A stretch of 64,000 bases of DNA, from assembly GCA_002633005.1 (NCBI GenBank), contig NMRA01000405.1:146702-210701 (forward strand). Reading direction: 5' to 3'. Below the pieces are notes generated by a model. That model did not search any database, was not told the origin of the DNA, and was given only the letters and a program-made list of their open reading frames with translations. Within the stretch, counting starts at the first letter, position 1. Each line of letters begins with the position of its first letter. This document shows, one piece after another, positions 38,901 to 51,545 of the stretch. The stretch is from Phoronis australis. Lineage: Eukaryota > Animalia > Phoronida. The position numbers and the translations under genes are program-made.

Positions 38901-41900
38901 CTTAAATTCGGATATCTCTATTTTTCATTTTTCAACTGTTACCAGCTATACACCATTTGTAGGGGCAAAGCCATTTGTAGGGGCCAGGCCATTTATAGGA
39001 GCAAGGCTATGTGCAGGGGCAAGGCCATTTGTAGGGGCGATGTCATTCGTAGGGGCGAGGTCATTCGTAGGGGCGAGGCCACTTGTAGGGGCGAGGCCAT
39101 TTGTAGGGGCGAGGCCATTTGTAGGGGCGAGGCCATTTGTAGGAGCGAGGCCATTTGTAAGGGCAAGGCCATTTGTAGGAGCGAGGCCATGTGCAGGGGC
39201 GAGGCCATTTGTAGGGGCGAGGTCATTCGTAGGGACGAGGCCATTTGTGGGGGCGAGGCCATTTGTAGGGGCGAGGTCATTCGTAGGGGCGAGGCCATTT
39301 GTAGGGGCGAGACCATTTGTGGGGGCGAGGCTATTTGTAGGGGCGAGGCCATTTGCACTGCCACATACCAGATTTCCTTGTTTCAACAAGCTCATTCCCC
39401 AGTTTGGCAACCTGGGAATTTTGCCAGTTGACATTAGTGGAAAAAGTGTTGAGCCCTCAGGCACCAACTGTGTCACTACCATACAGCATTTTGTAAACTT
39501 TACACATAAACATTTCAAAACACTCACAGATTTAATTATGAGCACAGCCATGGTGAAACAACACATGTACTCACTGAAGGTAAGTCAAGGAACAGATGAT
39601 TTGAAGACTTGACTACAGGTGTGCTACCACAAACTTTGCATTTGGGGTTGCGCAGCTCAGGAGCATTGATTAACTTGCCACATTTGTCACACTGGTCCCC
39701 TCTGGCATCGCCATAGTTACAGAACGGACAGGTGCCCTCCACAAAGCGGTCAGCAAGGAACCTGTAGAAAGAATGAAAAGTATGCAATCCACAGAGTAGA
39801 GCTAATCAGTTTATGGAGACTAAGTCCAATGGCCAGTCAGGAAAGTTATGTTCTGCTGTCCTAAAAAGATGTAAACTATGTGTGACTGATGGTTTAAAGG
39901 AATCTTACATAATAGCTATGCTGTGTTGACACAGCGCTACTCTTTCATTGACACCAGGACTAGACTACGAATGACAACACACAGAAAATTGATCTCTCAG
40001 GCAAAGGGTCCACGTGATTACCCAAATGCAGACAAGTAAACAGACCACTTTTTGACTACCGTTACATAACTTATTCCCAGATTAGCCTTTACTGCATTTT
40101 ATGTGTAAACTCATCAATCTTTAGCCTACAACTGTTCACTTGTCTGTCTCATGAAAAGTTCTTCATGACCTAAGTCAGAAATATGGTCTTGCGCTCCACA
40201 CAACTATTTTGGAAAAATGATTAAAATTCATTTGAGCAAAAGCACAAAGCATCCGAGAATATCACGCACAAATGCAAGTAACCGAGATAATTTTTACAAA
40301 TTTTTCTAGACTACGATACGCTCATAATTACTCGGCTAAACTGTTTCTACTATTTGTAAAGTGGGAGCTTCAGATCAAATTTCTTTCTAAAGTCTTATGT
40401 CACTTTTCATAAAACAGACCCCTGAATAGTCACTGTACACACTAATTATTATAATTTATGTGACTCCATCATGAAAAAGAACTGTGGAGGAAAAAACAGT
40501 GAAAGCACAATGTTTTGGAGACCCAGAGGCTGACTTGCAAAGTGTATGAACTTTAAGAAGCAGACTTAAGCCTGCTGCACACAACTGCTGCGTGCCAAGC
40601 CAGCAGCAGTCTCATGACAGGATTGCTCAGTAGCCATTATTATGTGGCTGACGAACATTGAACAGTGAGATGCTTGCTTTGCGTGATGGCGAATCAAATC
40701 TACACAGCATTTAACAACACTTGTCACATCTTGTTCCAAGTGGAAATTTGCATAAAATCTTGTAAATTCATGACCTATGACCTTGACGCATGTGAAGGAA
40801 AATGTCTACCTGTTACATTTTTCACAGAGTAATTGTTCCACTTGGTCCTTCAGAATTTTTCCATTTTTATACAGATGCCAGAAGATATCCTGGGCTATTC
40901 TGCAAGTGAACAGAGATGAGATGAAATGCAGAAAATATTCAACAAGGGATGACACCTTTGCCAATTAATTCATAAATAGAAAGATTTCATCGTCCACTCA
41001 ATAGAAACATTATTGGCCAATTTCATGAGAATTGCTGTTGTCTCCCTTATAGAAACCTATTTTTAAAGTTTTATGAAAATCTGCCAATGACCTCCGAAGA
41101 TACAGACTGAGGTAAATAATAAGACTGCTACTAGGGGGCACAGCATTGGGATCAGATCCATTCGAAAGTTGGTGCCATCCGTTATCACATTCATATGAAC
41201 ACACTTTCCAAATTTCACAAAGATCATTTCATACCATTCCCATGTACAGTTAAAAACAAACATGATCTTATCTAGAATCAGGCACGATTAAACTTGGCAA
41301 ACAACCCTATTGTGTTAATACACTGTGGTGTGCTTAAGTGGGCCAGAGCTTACAGCCACACAAATGAATCAGTAGGTGGAAGTTGAGACTGATTTCTCTG
41401 AAAGTCAACCATTGTTACGTGTATGACGTTTTTTGGTGATAGCATTTCACCAAAAACATCTTCTTCACAACATTTGTTGAAATTCCTTTTGTAAATAGTA
41501 TTTTTTAAATATCGTGAAAGTATAGCAAGAGATGAATAAAACAACACAACCATTGAAGTCAACAAGAACCACGCGACTGTATTCGGGGAAGACAAATACA
41601 AAAACAGGACTGGGGTCAAAGGTTAATCTACAAATATCAGTTAGCATCAGGCGTGCTGTTAACAACATAATTACTGGATTACATGAGCCTATCAGGTGAA
41701 CGTAGGCTATCAGAGAGCTGAAATATGTAAATATTGGTATGCCAACCTCCCCTTAGTATCGTTGTCTAACTGATAACGATACGAGTGTAACCCAGAGGAC
41801 GAGAACATCAGAGATATTTGCCACCAGGAGCACCACATTAGCTGGGTTTGTGCAAAAAATCAACATAGTCCCTCGAGCAGTTTGGTGGTTAGAGGCTGTT

Positions 41901-44900
41901 GCCAAAAATGGATTAAAAAATATTAACAAAGGCTACTAGCTGACAAAAAATACATCAAATCCATCTGAAAACGGGAAGGAGTCGTCGTTTTATAAAAATA
42001 AAATTATATACTGGTACCAAATTTCATGAATCAAGGAGCTCCAAAAAAATAAAATGCAAAACAACTGAAACAGCCACCAGAGGGCACAGCTGAAGTCTAA
42101 TCGGTCTGAAACTCGTCATCTGTCGTCAGCTTCATAGGAACACATCTGCCAAATCTCATAAAGATCCTGAAAGCGGATTAGGAGATACAGCAGGGAACGC
42201 CGAATGCCCAGACAGAAATCACAGCAATATGTATATGTGGGTGCATAATAAAAAGATGCACTGGTGATTACTTGGTCTGTTGGTGTGTAGATGTCCTGCC
42301 AAAGTAGTCGAAGTCTATATTGAACCAGTCGTAGATCTCAGCGTGCAGGGCATTGTACTTGTCACAGATCTGACGGGGCGTCAAGCCTTCCTCGACCGCC
42401 TTTGTTTCCGTTGCCGTGCCATATTCGTCTGTCCCACTGATGTAAAGAACGTTGTAGTTCCTCAGGCGACAATATCTGCAAGGCAGTTCAGAACATAACA
42501 ATGATACTTAGGGACCATTCACAATTATCGCAATTGTCACAAGCGTACAAAGTGTACACCTTTCCAGACCCGTTTCCCCTCAAAAGCATATAAAAATGGC
42601 GACATCTTGTAAGTTTCTGCAAAGGTGTTAAACTGCAAGTGTGTTTTGAAGTTAAATGTCAGTACTACGCAGCGACTAGCTATAATAAAGCACTGTCATG
42701 ACAATGCCATGCTTATTTAAAATAACAAAATTTCCGAACTAAGTTGCATGAAGACTTAATAAAGAGAGTAGAGCTAATCAATTACATGAAATCAGTGAGC
42801 AGAATCAAACAACATGACCTAATGATCTGTCAACGTTCTCTGATTGGGAAACTGGCACAGGATCACAAAATAGATATTGCCTGATAGTGAATTGCTTACA
42901 ATGCTGATTCTTGAAACCAAATCCCAATTTTCGCCTTTCTACTGCCCGATACGACCGTTTTTGCCTGAGACAGCGGATAAGCATCGAAACCTTTATGTAA
43001 CTTAATATCAAGGGCATAAATAAAACTGGCATCAAGTAGCCATTATGGAGTATACAAGAAACAAGTGTATGTCGTATGTCAAAGCTGATATTAGGCTGGT
43101 TTCGTCTCATGTTACTGACCGTGAAATATGTGCGCGACTTGATAACAAATTTAACTTAAAACACTGAATTGGTGTGAAAAAAGTTAAAAAGAGACAGATT
43201 GAGGGTGAAAATTTTGTAAACAGCTGAGTCAAAAAGCACAGGCGTATCCAGTGGAGGGGTCAAACAGCCCGGAACTCTCCCCCTTCGCCAAAGCAAAAAA
43301 CGAAAACCACACCGAAAATGGACCATTTCTATTTGTCTCAGTTCTGTAGACAGCTGAGGACAGAGATCAAGACGATAAATTGTATTACCGGTTTATTGCT
43401 CATTCTTGTGTTGATAAAGATATATTCTACTACCAAGGCCACATGCCACAAAATGGAAGAACATACCTAGAAAAGACATCGGCGCTCAAGACACAACCAA
43501 TGATGTTGCCCAGGTGAGGAACATTGTTAACGTAAGGTAATGCACTGGTTATCAGAACGTTCTTGGCGCCCTCTTTTGGCAAACTGAAATGAAAGATAAA
43601 ATTTACAAGGGGCAATGATATGAATTTTACAAAAGTCATGATCTGAAATTAGTAAATTAATATACATTTGATTGTATGATTTTAAGTTTATCCAAATGTT
43701 TACAACACAACTATTCAATGAAATGTCTCAAATCCTTAAAATTAAAACAGTTATTGTAGCTGGTTTAACATCAAAGCCCTCAGGATATTCCTTAAGAGAC
43801 CAGTTAGACCCATTTTGCATAACAGCACATATTTAAAAAAGGGCCACTTAAATGGAAAAGTTTAACACTGCAAAACCAATTACTTCATAACTTGCAAAAC
43901 CATTACTATATAATTTAAATATGATGTAGACTTCTGCACCCACCCCTTCAGTGAACAAAAGTAGGATATCTTACATGGGGTGAACCCTGTCAACAGGTGG
44001 GGCTAGTCTACTCTGTCCGTTTGTCCACCCCTCCACGGCTGCTGACAACTCCTCTGCTGTAACCACTGTCTCTGACCCACTAACCTGAAATACACACATT
44101 TGTGGCCATATTTGACACTATTTGTGAGAATTAATATGTACTTTACATCCATTAGATGGTCCAAATAAACAGAACAAGAAAGGTAACAGTGCATCTTTAA
44201 AAAATAAGAATGTATTTGATTATGACTCACCTCTGTGGACTTGATTGATTCCGATACGTGACCGGAGGCTCTCTTTGAGGTGGCACAGAGAGGAGCAGGC
44301 TGTGACAGCAAGGAATTCTGGGGAAATTAGCAACATGAACATTAAAACTTAACAGCTGGCCATGGAAAAGACAATTAATGAGAGCGTAAAAATCTAAGGT
44401 CTGAAGAAATGTCACTGAATAGTTTGTTTTCACACTGAAACCCAGTTTGTAAATTAAAAGCTTTATTTAACTCAGTAGACTCAATCAAATTAAAATGGAT
44501 CTTTGTACAGGCACATGAAACTGTTCCAGTGGATCCCAGGGAGACATTTATCAGAATTTCTAAGTTATTAGTCTCTCACTGTAAGCAGATGGTTGATCAG
44601 TGGCAGACATGTTTTCGTTATACCACAATTCAATGCGTAGACAATTTCATTCATTACCCCTTGAACGGACATGGCTTTGAATGTAGTATATTACCTTGAA
44701 TACTGAGATGCCCTTATTGCCGGTAACACTAGTGACGGCTCGCTTGAAGGCATCCTGGTGCTTGCACCTTGAAAACCAGTGCAACACATTGCTGTAGCCA
44801 TTGTCAAGATCTAGAAAACAATATCACGGTTGTGAAGAAAAATACGAAAATTGATACAAGAACTTATCAGTGGTCAAATGATGAGATCATAACAGTGACT

Positions 44901-47900
44901 TGTTGCTTTAGTTTAAGTTTATGTAGGACCCTAAAAAAATGACCAAATTTTGGCAAACTTCAGAGCCCTCATAACTCAGAAATGACTGCTCAGATTTGTG
45001 TGAAATTTTGACATATTACCATGAGTTATGCACTGTTCCCCAACTCTGTTAGGAATCGTTTTTGAAATTTTCCACTTTTGCATGAGGGGATATAAAAAAA
45101 TAGGACTTTTCGATTTTTAAGAAAAAACTCATAAGTTGCATAAAACAAAAACCAAATTATAATTTAGAGTACAGTAACAGCGTTTTTGAGATTTCATCTT
45201 GAACATTTATGTTGAACGAAACTTGGTCACGTGTTGATACCGTTGTTTTGGTATGTTTTGTTAAATTTTACTAAAAAGACATGACCTAATGCATAGACCG
45301 GTAAGAAGTCAAAAATCAAATTCTACAGGCTTTCTATTTTTACTGAGTTAAAATCTACAGTTTTGTAGATATTAGGCTACCGACACCAACAAGTCAATAA
45401 GGTCCTACAAAACCTTAAGGTAAAAATAATTCAAGATAAATATTAAGTCACAATGCAGCACATCAAATCACCGGAGACCTGCAGGTCACCAAATGAAGTC
45501 ATGAATCATGTTCCAAAATTGCAGAGTTTTAACGAGAGTTAATGAGTGTAAAGAGAAAACTAGGGCTATAACGATATATTTCATTGCCATCCCAAATCAA
45601 AATGAAATTTACTACCATTTGTAATACATAACTTCAGTTCAACAGTTTTTGTCAAGTGCATATCACACAAGCCTAAAAATCGACTTGATCCGAAATAAAA
45701 AGCAATGAAATACTTCACTTACCTTTATATAGTCGTGACGTGTTATCACTGAAAACGGGGTAAAGTGAAGACCAAATCACAACATCAGCAGATGATAACT
45801 GGTTCTAGAAATAAAAAAGAAACTTTCAAAACATACCGTATGTGCAGTTGGATTTAATGACATGAAGGTTTGTTTACGTGATTGTACACATACATAAAAA
45901 TGAAAATGCGGGATGTGCTTTCTAATACAGTGGACATACCGAAGTAATTGTACCCACAGATTGATTAATAAAGCCTGTGTACCAATAAAAATCTACAAAA
46001 AGAGGGCCCCTGACTTTATTATGTCCCTTGCGAGAACATATAAGCAAACATTTGAAAGACGATGTGTTTGCCCATCATACTTCATTAATTTTGTATAGCG
46101 AATTCTGAAATTCACTCAATTCTGTCTGGGAATGACATCAGCAACTAGTCCCATGTTTGCACACAGGGGTCGCTACAGTGTGAGTGGAAAATATGCCCTT
46201 TGGACCTAATTCCATTTTTTACGAATTAAATAAAATTATAAAATTGGAAAATCTGGGAGTATACTCTTAAGCATGTGTTTAAAAACATCAAGTAACTTGA
46301 AAAACACTTAATGTTAAAACTGGAGCAATCAGTTACAATATTTTAAACTGTAGCATGATCAAACAGTTAAGTGATTGCCATGCAAACTTATACCAACAGC
46401 TTCAAGAACCAAATGATTGCTTGTAATTCAGAATTACAATACAATTACAAAAAAATAACTTGAGTGTTAACACACTATTTTGTCGACACTCATGACCCGA
46501 TCTTACTTGAACAAGATACTCTTGGTCATCCAGGGCTTGGTTCAACTCAGTCAATAGTTGTCTCAGTGTGGTCACAAAATGAGAGTTGATCTTTCCTCCA
46601 GACAGACTGCTAATCAAAACTGGGACAAGTACAGGCTAAAAAACGAAAAGACTTAAGTGTTAAGGAGCGGTGTAAAAATCTTTCGACGCATACAATAAAC
46701 ATCATTGGTAAGTGGCCCAAAAAGGTTGCTCGCCTCAACATGTTTACCTTGGGCGGTGTAAATGAGAGGTGTGGCATTGAAACTTCAAGTTGTCTGATGT
46801 TAAGCTTCAGAATATGACTTTATATTAAAATAAGTAATATGTTATCCCCTCGCAAACTTTGAGCGAGTGCGGTGAAAACAAATACTTCACAACCCACTCC
46901 TTGAAGCATGCATACGTACCTGTAATATTGAACTCTCCCATTCCAACCAACTGTCCACTTCAAGTAACTCATCGGCCATGATGTATTTGCATGCAGCATT
47001 AGGGGAGGACAGGAACTGGCCGGGGCTAACCTCCACAACAGGCAGCTTATTATGGAGGAGATTGCTAGAGACTTGCTGAGAAGCTGCAAATAGAAAGGGT
47101 TTCCATGTAGGAGTTTGCCAGTACACCAACCTAATCACAATACTGCTACAGGTGGAAGGTTAGTCATCCTCTGGTGTATATGGCCAGCTGACTGGAATCT
47201 TTGAACTGAATAAACTCACCTCTCAGTTAACTCACATTTTCTATTGCTATACTGGCCCTTCTCATTTACAATTACCAAACAAGTTCAGATAAAGGATTAC
47301 CTAAAAATAGAACAATATTTTCGTATTTTTGAGATTGTCAATCTAAAGGCTTTGCTTGTTAACTCCAACAAACAAGATAAGTTGAATGCAACCATCAAAT
47401 AAGTTTCCAGTGAGTTTTTCCATTGATTTCAAATCACAAAGCAATCTTGGACCAAGCTGGGAACAAACCCCCGACTCCTCGCTGATGAATCAATCTGCTT
47501 CGGGCACCTTAAGCAATCTGCTTAAGCGCCACAGTTGAAAGTAAACCCAAAGAGTGTAACATATGTAGGTAGCTCGAGGACAAGAAAGGGATCTTTTGAT
47601 AATTTTTTTGTTTGAGGTAACATGCACACCAGATTTTTTGGGTAGAAGACTCTCGGTGTAACTGGCTTTACTCTCACGCATGCGGGTACCTAGACATAGC
47701 AGGTATACACAGGCCATAGCATGTCCCCATAAAATGCTACTCATTTCAAAATACAGCGAATAACATCGGATGAAGCATGCATATGGACACTGTGAGTTGT
47801 AATTACATAACACATAACATGACTATGGAGACAATTTAGTCAATGCAATTTGAACATATAAATGAAAATCTGTCAAGCTTCTCTTGCCAGGTGCCATTTT

Positions 47901-49337
47901 GAGGTAGTTATGCGAAATCATGCCAGTTTGCGAATACAAAGTTCAAAGGATACAAATCTTATAAAATCCTAACATGTTACTTTTTGCAAGTGTCAGCTGC
48001 CAGGTCATGTGCTCAGCTTAGTCTTTTACATTGGCCTCACGTGACATCAATTGACCTACTTTATACTGGCCATGTTAACACAGTGAACGCCAGGGGATAT
48101 GACGTTATACCACCTGCTGCAGTGTTAAAAATGGCAAGTTTCCGATTTTGGGATCTGAACGAGGGACTGCTCAAAGAATAAGTTTGATAACGGGAGTATT
48201 TCTTTAAGTCGGAAGGAATTAAATATATTGACGGCCTCTTAAGGTGTCCCCTATTATATTGACAGTTGTTCTTTTGTTTATTAAAACCATCTAGCAGTAA
48301 GCTGAGGAGTTGGAACAAACATGGCGACTACCAAGTGAATAAACGTCTGACTGCTATCTCATGTTATTGTTGTTTCTCAGCATATTACATCCCCATATGC
48401 GCAAAAGGTTTTTATAACAACGTGACTTTGATGTTTAAGTCAGTGTGAGGCATAATTTCCCGAAAAGCTTCCGGCGTATGAAGTTCCTATATAGTCCAGG
48501 CCCTTAACCCGAAAACGTTTACACCTCGGATTAAAGCAAGAAATTTGGCACACTGGTACTTTTTNTAGGCGTCCTCAGCTTCTGATCGTCCCCAATACAC
48601 TATATATAATACTACAAGGTATGACACTCCCGACCAGAAGTTCCACGGGTGCTTCACTTCAGCCGTCCATATGAAACACAAAAGTCAATAAATTTGCACA
48701 AAACAGATGTTCAACAAACCATGAGTAAGTGTTCTTTCTTCTAATAATATTTAGGGTGTCAAAGCATGAAAATTTTCCCAAAAAGCCAAAGCGTATTTTC
48801 AATAGTGTCCCACAACATCAAACTCCACATGTAGCCACACCATTTCGTAACCTTCCGTGATGAACCGACATCCATCTGTAACTCATCACATAATTCCGTA
48901 CTGACACACGTGGAACCCTATTGATGGTATGCATTGGCTTTTTGGTAAGAATTTTGTGATTTGACCACAAATTTGTTGCGAACTCGCTGGAGCAGGACAC
49001 TGTAAATGCTAGTATCAGAACAGAAGAAAGAACAATTGCTCGTGGTTTGTTGAACCCGTTTTGTGTTTGATATGGACGGCTAGAAGTGAAGCACCCGTGG
49101 AAATCCTTATCCCGAGTGTCAAACTTTGTAGTTTATATATAGTGTATTGGGGACGATCAGAAGCAGAGGACACCTGTGGGTGAAACTGAAAGCTGCTTTA
49201 CGATTGCAATTACTGCCACTGGTTTACTCACGGCGACCTCCATCCACGAAGTTTATTGTTAGGGTTAGAGTCTTTAAATTTGACGCAGTCAATACTTTCA
49301 GGCAGTGAAAGTTTCCTTCATCAGAATATATATTCAT
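29913..49337 (-). CDS. MARS1: Methionine--tRNA ligase, cytoplasmic (GST-like N-terminus, class I catalytic domain, anticodon-binding domain, C-terminal WHEP), 21 exons, 916 aa
   Basis: Minus-strand exons: 49337-49232 ([16 protein letters not shown]), 47083-46920, 46635-46507, 45804-45723, 44810-44695, 44317-44231, 44084-43975, 43583-43467 ([17 protein letters not shown], the HIGH motif), 42475-42272 ([10 protein letters not shown]), 40899-40810, 39761-39575 (Zn knuckle [14 protein letters not shown]), 38349-38179 ([10 protein letters not shown]), 37648-37553 ([11 protein letters not shown]), 36930-36813 ([10 protein letters not shown]), 36429-36216 (KFSKSRG, the KMSKS motif), 35270-35139, 34203-34099, 33186-33003, 31980-31888, 30905-30807, 30059-29913 (WHEP: [32 protein letters not shown]; TAA). 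Exons sum to 2751 nt in an open frame. Confidence 0.97.
32171..32320. mobile_element. PIF/Harbinger-like MITE with CTG TSD nested in an older foldback (~32040-32415)
   Basis: TIR GGCCCAGTTGCATAAA / TTTATGCAACTCAGCC with CTG on both sides. The outer arms at ~32040-32120 and ~32339-32415 are reverse complementary. Confidence 0.75.
32606..32858. mobile_element. Inverted pair of Penelope-like termini with degenerate hammerhead-like motifs
   Basis: ~80-bp inverted arms (32606-32685, 32779-32858), each with TCGAAAAAGGCCTGG..CCAG(G/C)CCGAAACGTC. Confidence 0.55.
38953..39355. repeat. 18-bp minisatellite (GCCATTTGTAGGGGCGAG) x~22 in a MARS1 intron
   Basis: Visible tandem array that generates repetitive ORFs in four frames. 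Confidence 0.95.
48567..49175. mobile_element. Foldback MITE with long imperfect TIRs in MARS1 intron 1
   Basis: 48567-48742 (AGGCGTCCTCAGCTTCTGATCGTCCCCAATACAC...) is reverse complementary to 49022-49175 (...GTGTATTGGGGACGATCAGAAGCAGAGGACACCT). Confidence 0.8.
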
Positions 49338-49469
49338 TTTCAGTACAGCTGGTTGACAAACTTGGCATGAACTATTAACAGCCTGTATCCGCAAGCACTA
49401 TTCACGCTTCTAACATTAAAACGGAAGTTATATCAAACAAAAGCCATACCCTCTGACACAGCGCCACCT
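49338..49469 (-). promoter_or_regulatory. MARS1 5'UTR/proximal promoter region
   Basis: Lies immediately upstream of the ATG (context GAAAATG) and contains an ETS-like CGGAAGT at ~49422 and CpG-containing sequence. Confidence 0.4.
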
Positions 49470-49793
49470 GCAAACGCGACCCAGTCGCAAAATAGTCTCC
49501 TACACAGACCCACGAGATTGGTTGGGGTCTGCTACAGCGCACTTTTCCATCTGTTTTCNATGACCAGAGTCTTCACAAGTGGAGGAGTATTTTATATAGG
49601 AAGTAAACACTTGCGGAGGTCGCCTTTGTTTTTGTTTTCAAATTACACTGCAGTTGTATTCTTTGATAATTTGTAAAGGTGTAAACAAAAATACTCCAAG
49701 TATATGGCCTTTGTGCTTATGATATACCTCGCATTTTGCCTAATATAACTTTTGACATAAGTAATTGGCTTGTAAAATGCACACTTTATCTAT
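49470..49793 (+). repeat. Second, interrupted copy of the left end of the 10.5-kb element
   Basis: First 24 bp of the TIR at 49470-49493; 49560-49793 is nearly identical to 53080-53313; single N at 49559. Confidence 0.8.
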
Positions 49794-49979
49794 TCATCAG
49801 CCTTACACAGTCGGTCATAAAGCCGATGTTATGTTTATTTGACGCCGCATGGTCGTCAATACTTGCATTTGAAGGCAACATGTTCATCTAATCAGATTTT
49901 GAATTTGCCAATGCCCAAATAACATGCAGTGCTGCGAACACAAACCAATTTGCTAGTGTGAGGAACTGGCCGTACTAAT

Positions 49980-50293
49980 CAGTGGCGGATCTAGGATACC
50001 ATAATGGGGTGTCCAACATGTTGCCTCGGGACATTGTGCAAGGTGTGATTGGCAATTGCATGTGCGTAAGCAGCCCAAAAGGTGAGGGAGCCAGCCCGCG
50101 GAAGTGCACCTTCCATTCAGGAAAATCTACCATTCGACTATCGATTAAAAGAAAGGAGCAGCCACTCCGCGACAACTTGGACGTTCACCGCTACCGGTCC
50201 TACTTCCTAGACTCAATATTTCCTCACACTCCACACTGTTGCCCCTTCATTTGCTTGCGGCAGCTGAGGGGGGGGGGCCTAAATCCGCCTATG
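49980..50293. mobile_element. hAT-like MITE, family B
   Basis: TIR CAGTGGCGGATCTAGG / CCTAAATCCGCCTATG; 5-bp TSD CTAAT on both sides. Confidence 0.8.
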
Positions 50294-50397
50294 CTAATTC
50301 CCATAAATTCTGAAGGTGTTTCTTTAGTCAAGAGGTAGTTCTTCGTGGTAAATGGAAATGTAATCCTATCAAGGTAAAAACTATAAAAAATTTTATN

Positions 50398-51545
50398 GAG
50401 TAAATACGCGAAGCCTCTTGTCACGTGGCTTTTTTATTTCCCGCCAATAAGATTCAATTGGATATTGAGGCAAGAGAGACGTGCGATTACTACTGCGATA
50501 TACAAAACCTTACTACAACTACCATTACTACGAGATCTATTTAATATATTGTGTGGAGTGCCTGAACAAGTGAGAATGCCTGTCATAGATTACCTTAACA
50601 GCTTCTGTGGATCCATCACCCAGTAAGTACTCTGCTTTTATAACATGTGTTAAGTCGACGTTATGTTTTTTTGAAAATGGTTGTTGTCAACATCAGATAA
50701 ACACACTTGCAAAATTTAGTAAAGATCCTGCAAACAGTTTAGGAGACACAGCCATGCGGACAAAAAACAAAACTGCCACTAGGAGGTACCACAGTCGTTG
50801 AAGTCGTTGGAAAATCATCGTCAGCTGCCCTAGTGAGAACATGCATGCCAATTTTCACATTTATCCTTAGAGTGGAATTTGCAAGCCATCTATGAATGGG
50901 GAGAGACACAGCCATGGGGACAAAAAACAAAACCGCCACTAGGAGGTACCACAGTCGTTGAAGTCGTTGGAAAATCATCGTCAGCTGTCCTAGTGAGAAC
51001 ATGCATGCCAATTTTCACATTTATCCTTAGAGTGGAATTTGCAAGCCATCTATGAATGGGGTCAGTATTCCCCTCACCCCCTTAGGCCTTTTGTGAGACT
51101 TTCGCGCCACATTTGGAACTCGATGGAAAAGAACCCGTTGAGGTAGTTCGTATGCTGGGGACCTAATTCCATATTTGGTTTGAGCTCAGTGGGACTTCGC
51201 AACAGGTAACTGTGGTGGGGGGGTCCCAACTGTATTTGTCGGTACTGCCCATTGAGTGCATCTATAAGAACAACAGGGAGTAAATACGCGAAGCCTCTTG
51301 TCACGTGACTTTTGTATTTCCCGCCAATGAGATTCAATTGGATATTGAGGCAAGAGAGACGTGCGATTACTACTCCGATATACGAAACCTTGCTACTACT
51401 ACTGCTACTACGAGATCTATGTAATACATTGTGTGGAGTGCCTGAACAAGTGAGAATGCCTGTCATAGATTACCTTAACAGCTTCTGTGGATCCATCACC
51501 CAGTAAGTACTCTGCTTTTATAACATGTGTTAAGACGACGTTATA
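50398..51545. repeat. Local duplications: 50398-50665 vs 51278-51545, and tandem 50742-50900 vs 50904-51060
   Basis: Near-identical direct copies; single N at 50397. Confidence 0.85.

Noticed and set aside
38802-39612. Four long overlapping ORFs (123-238 aa)
   Set aside because: Artefacts of a stop-free 18-bp minisatellite in a MARS1 intron.
48061-48318. Minus-strand ORF next to a GTAGGT donor as MARS1 exon 1
   Set aside because: No MARS similarity and a stop precedes the donor; 49337-49232 fits in both phase and sequence.
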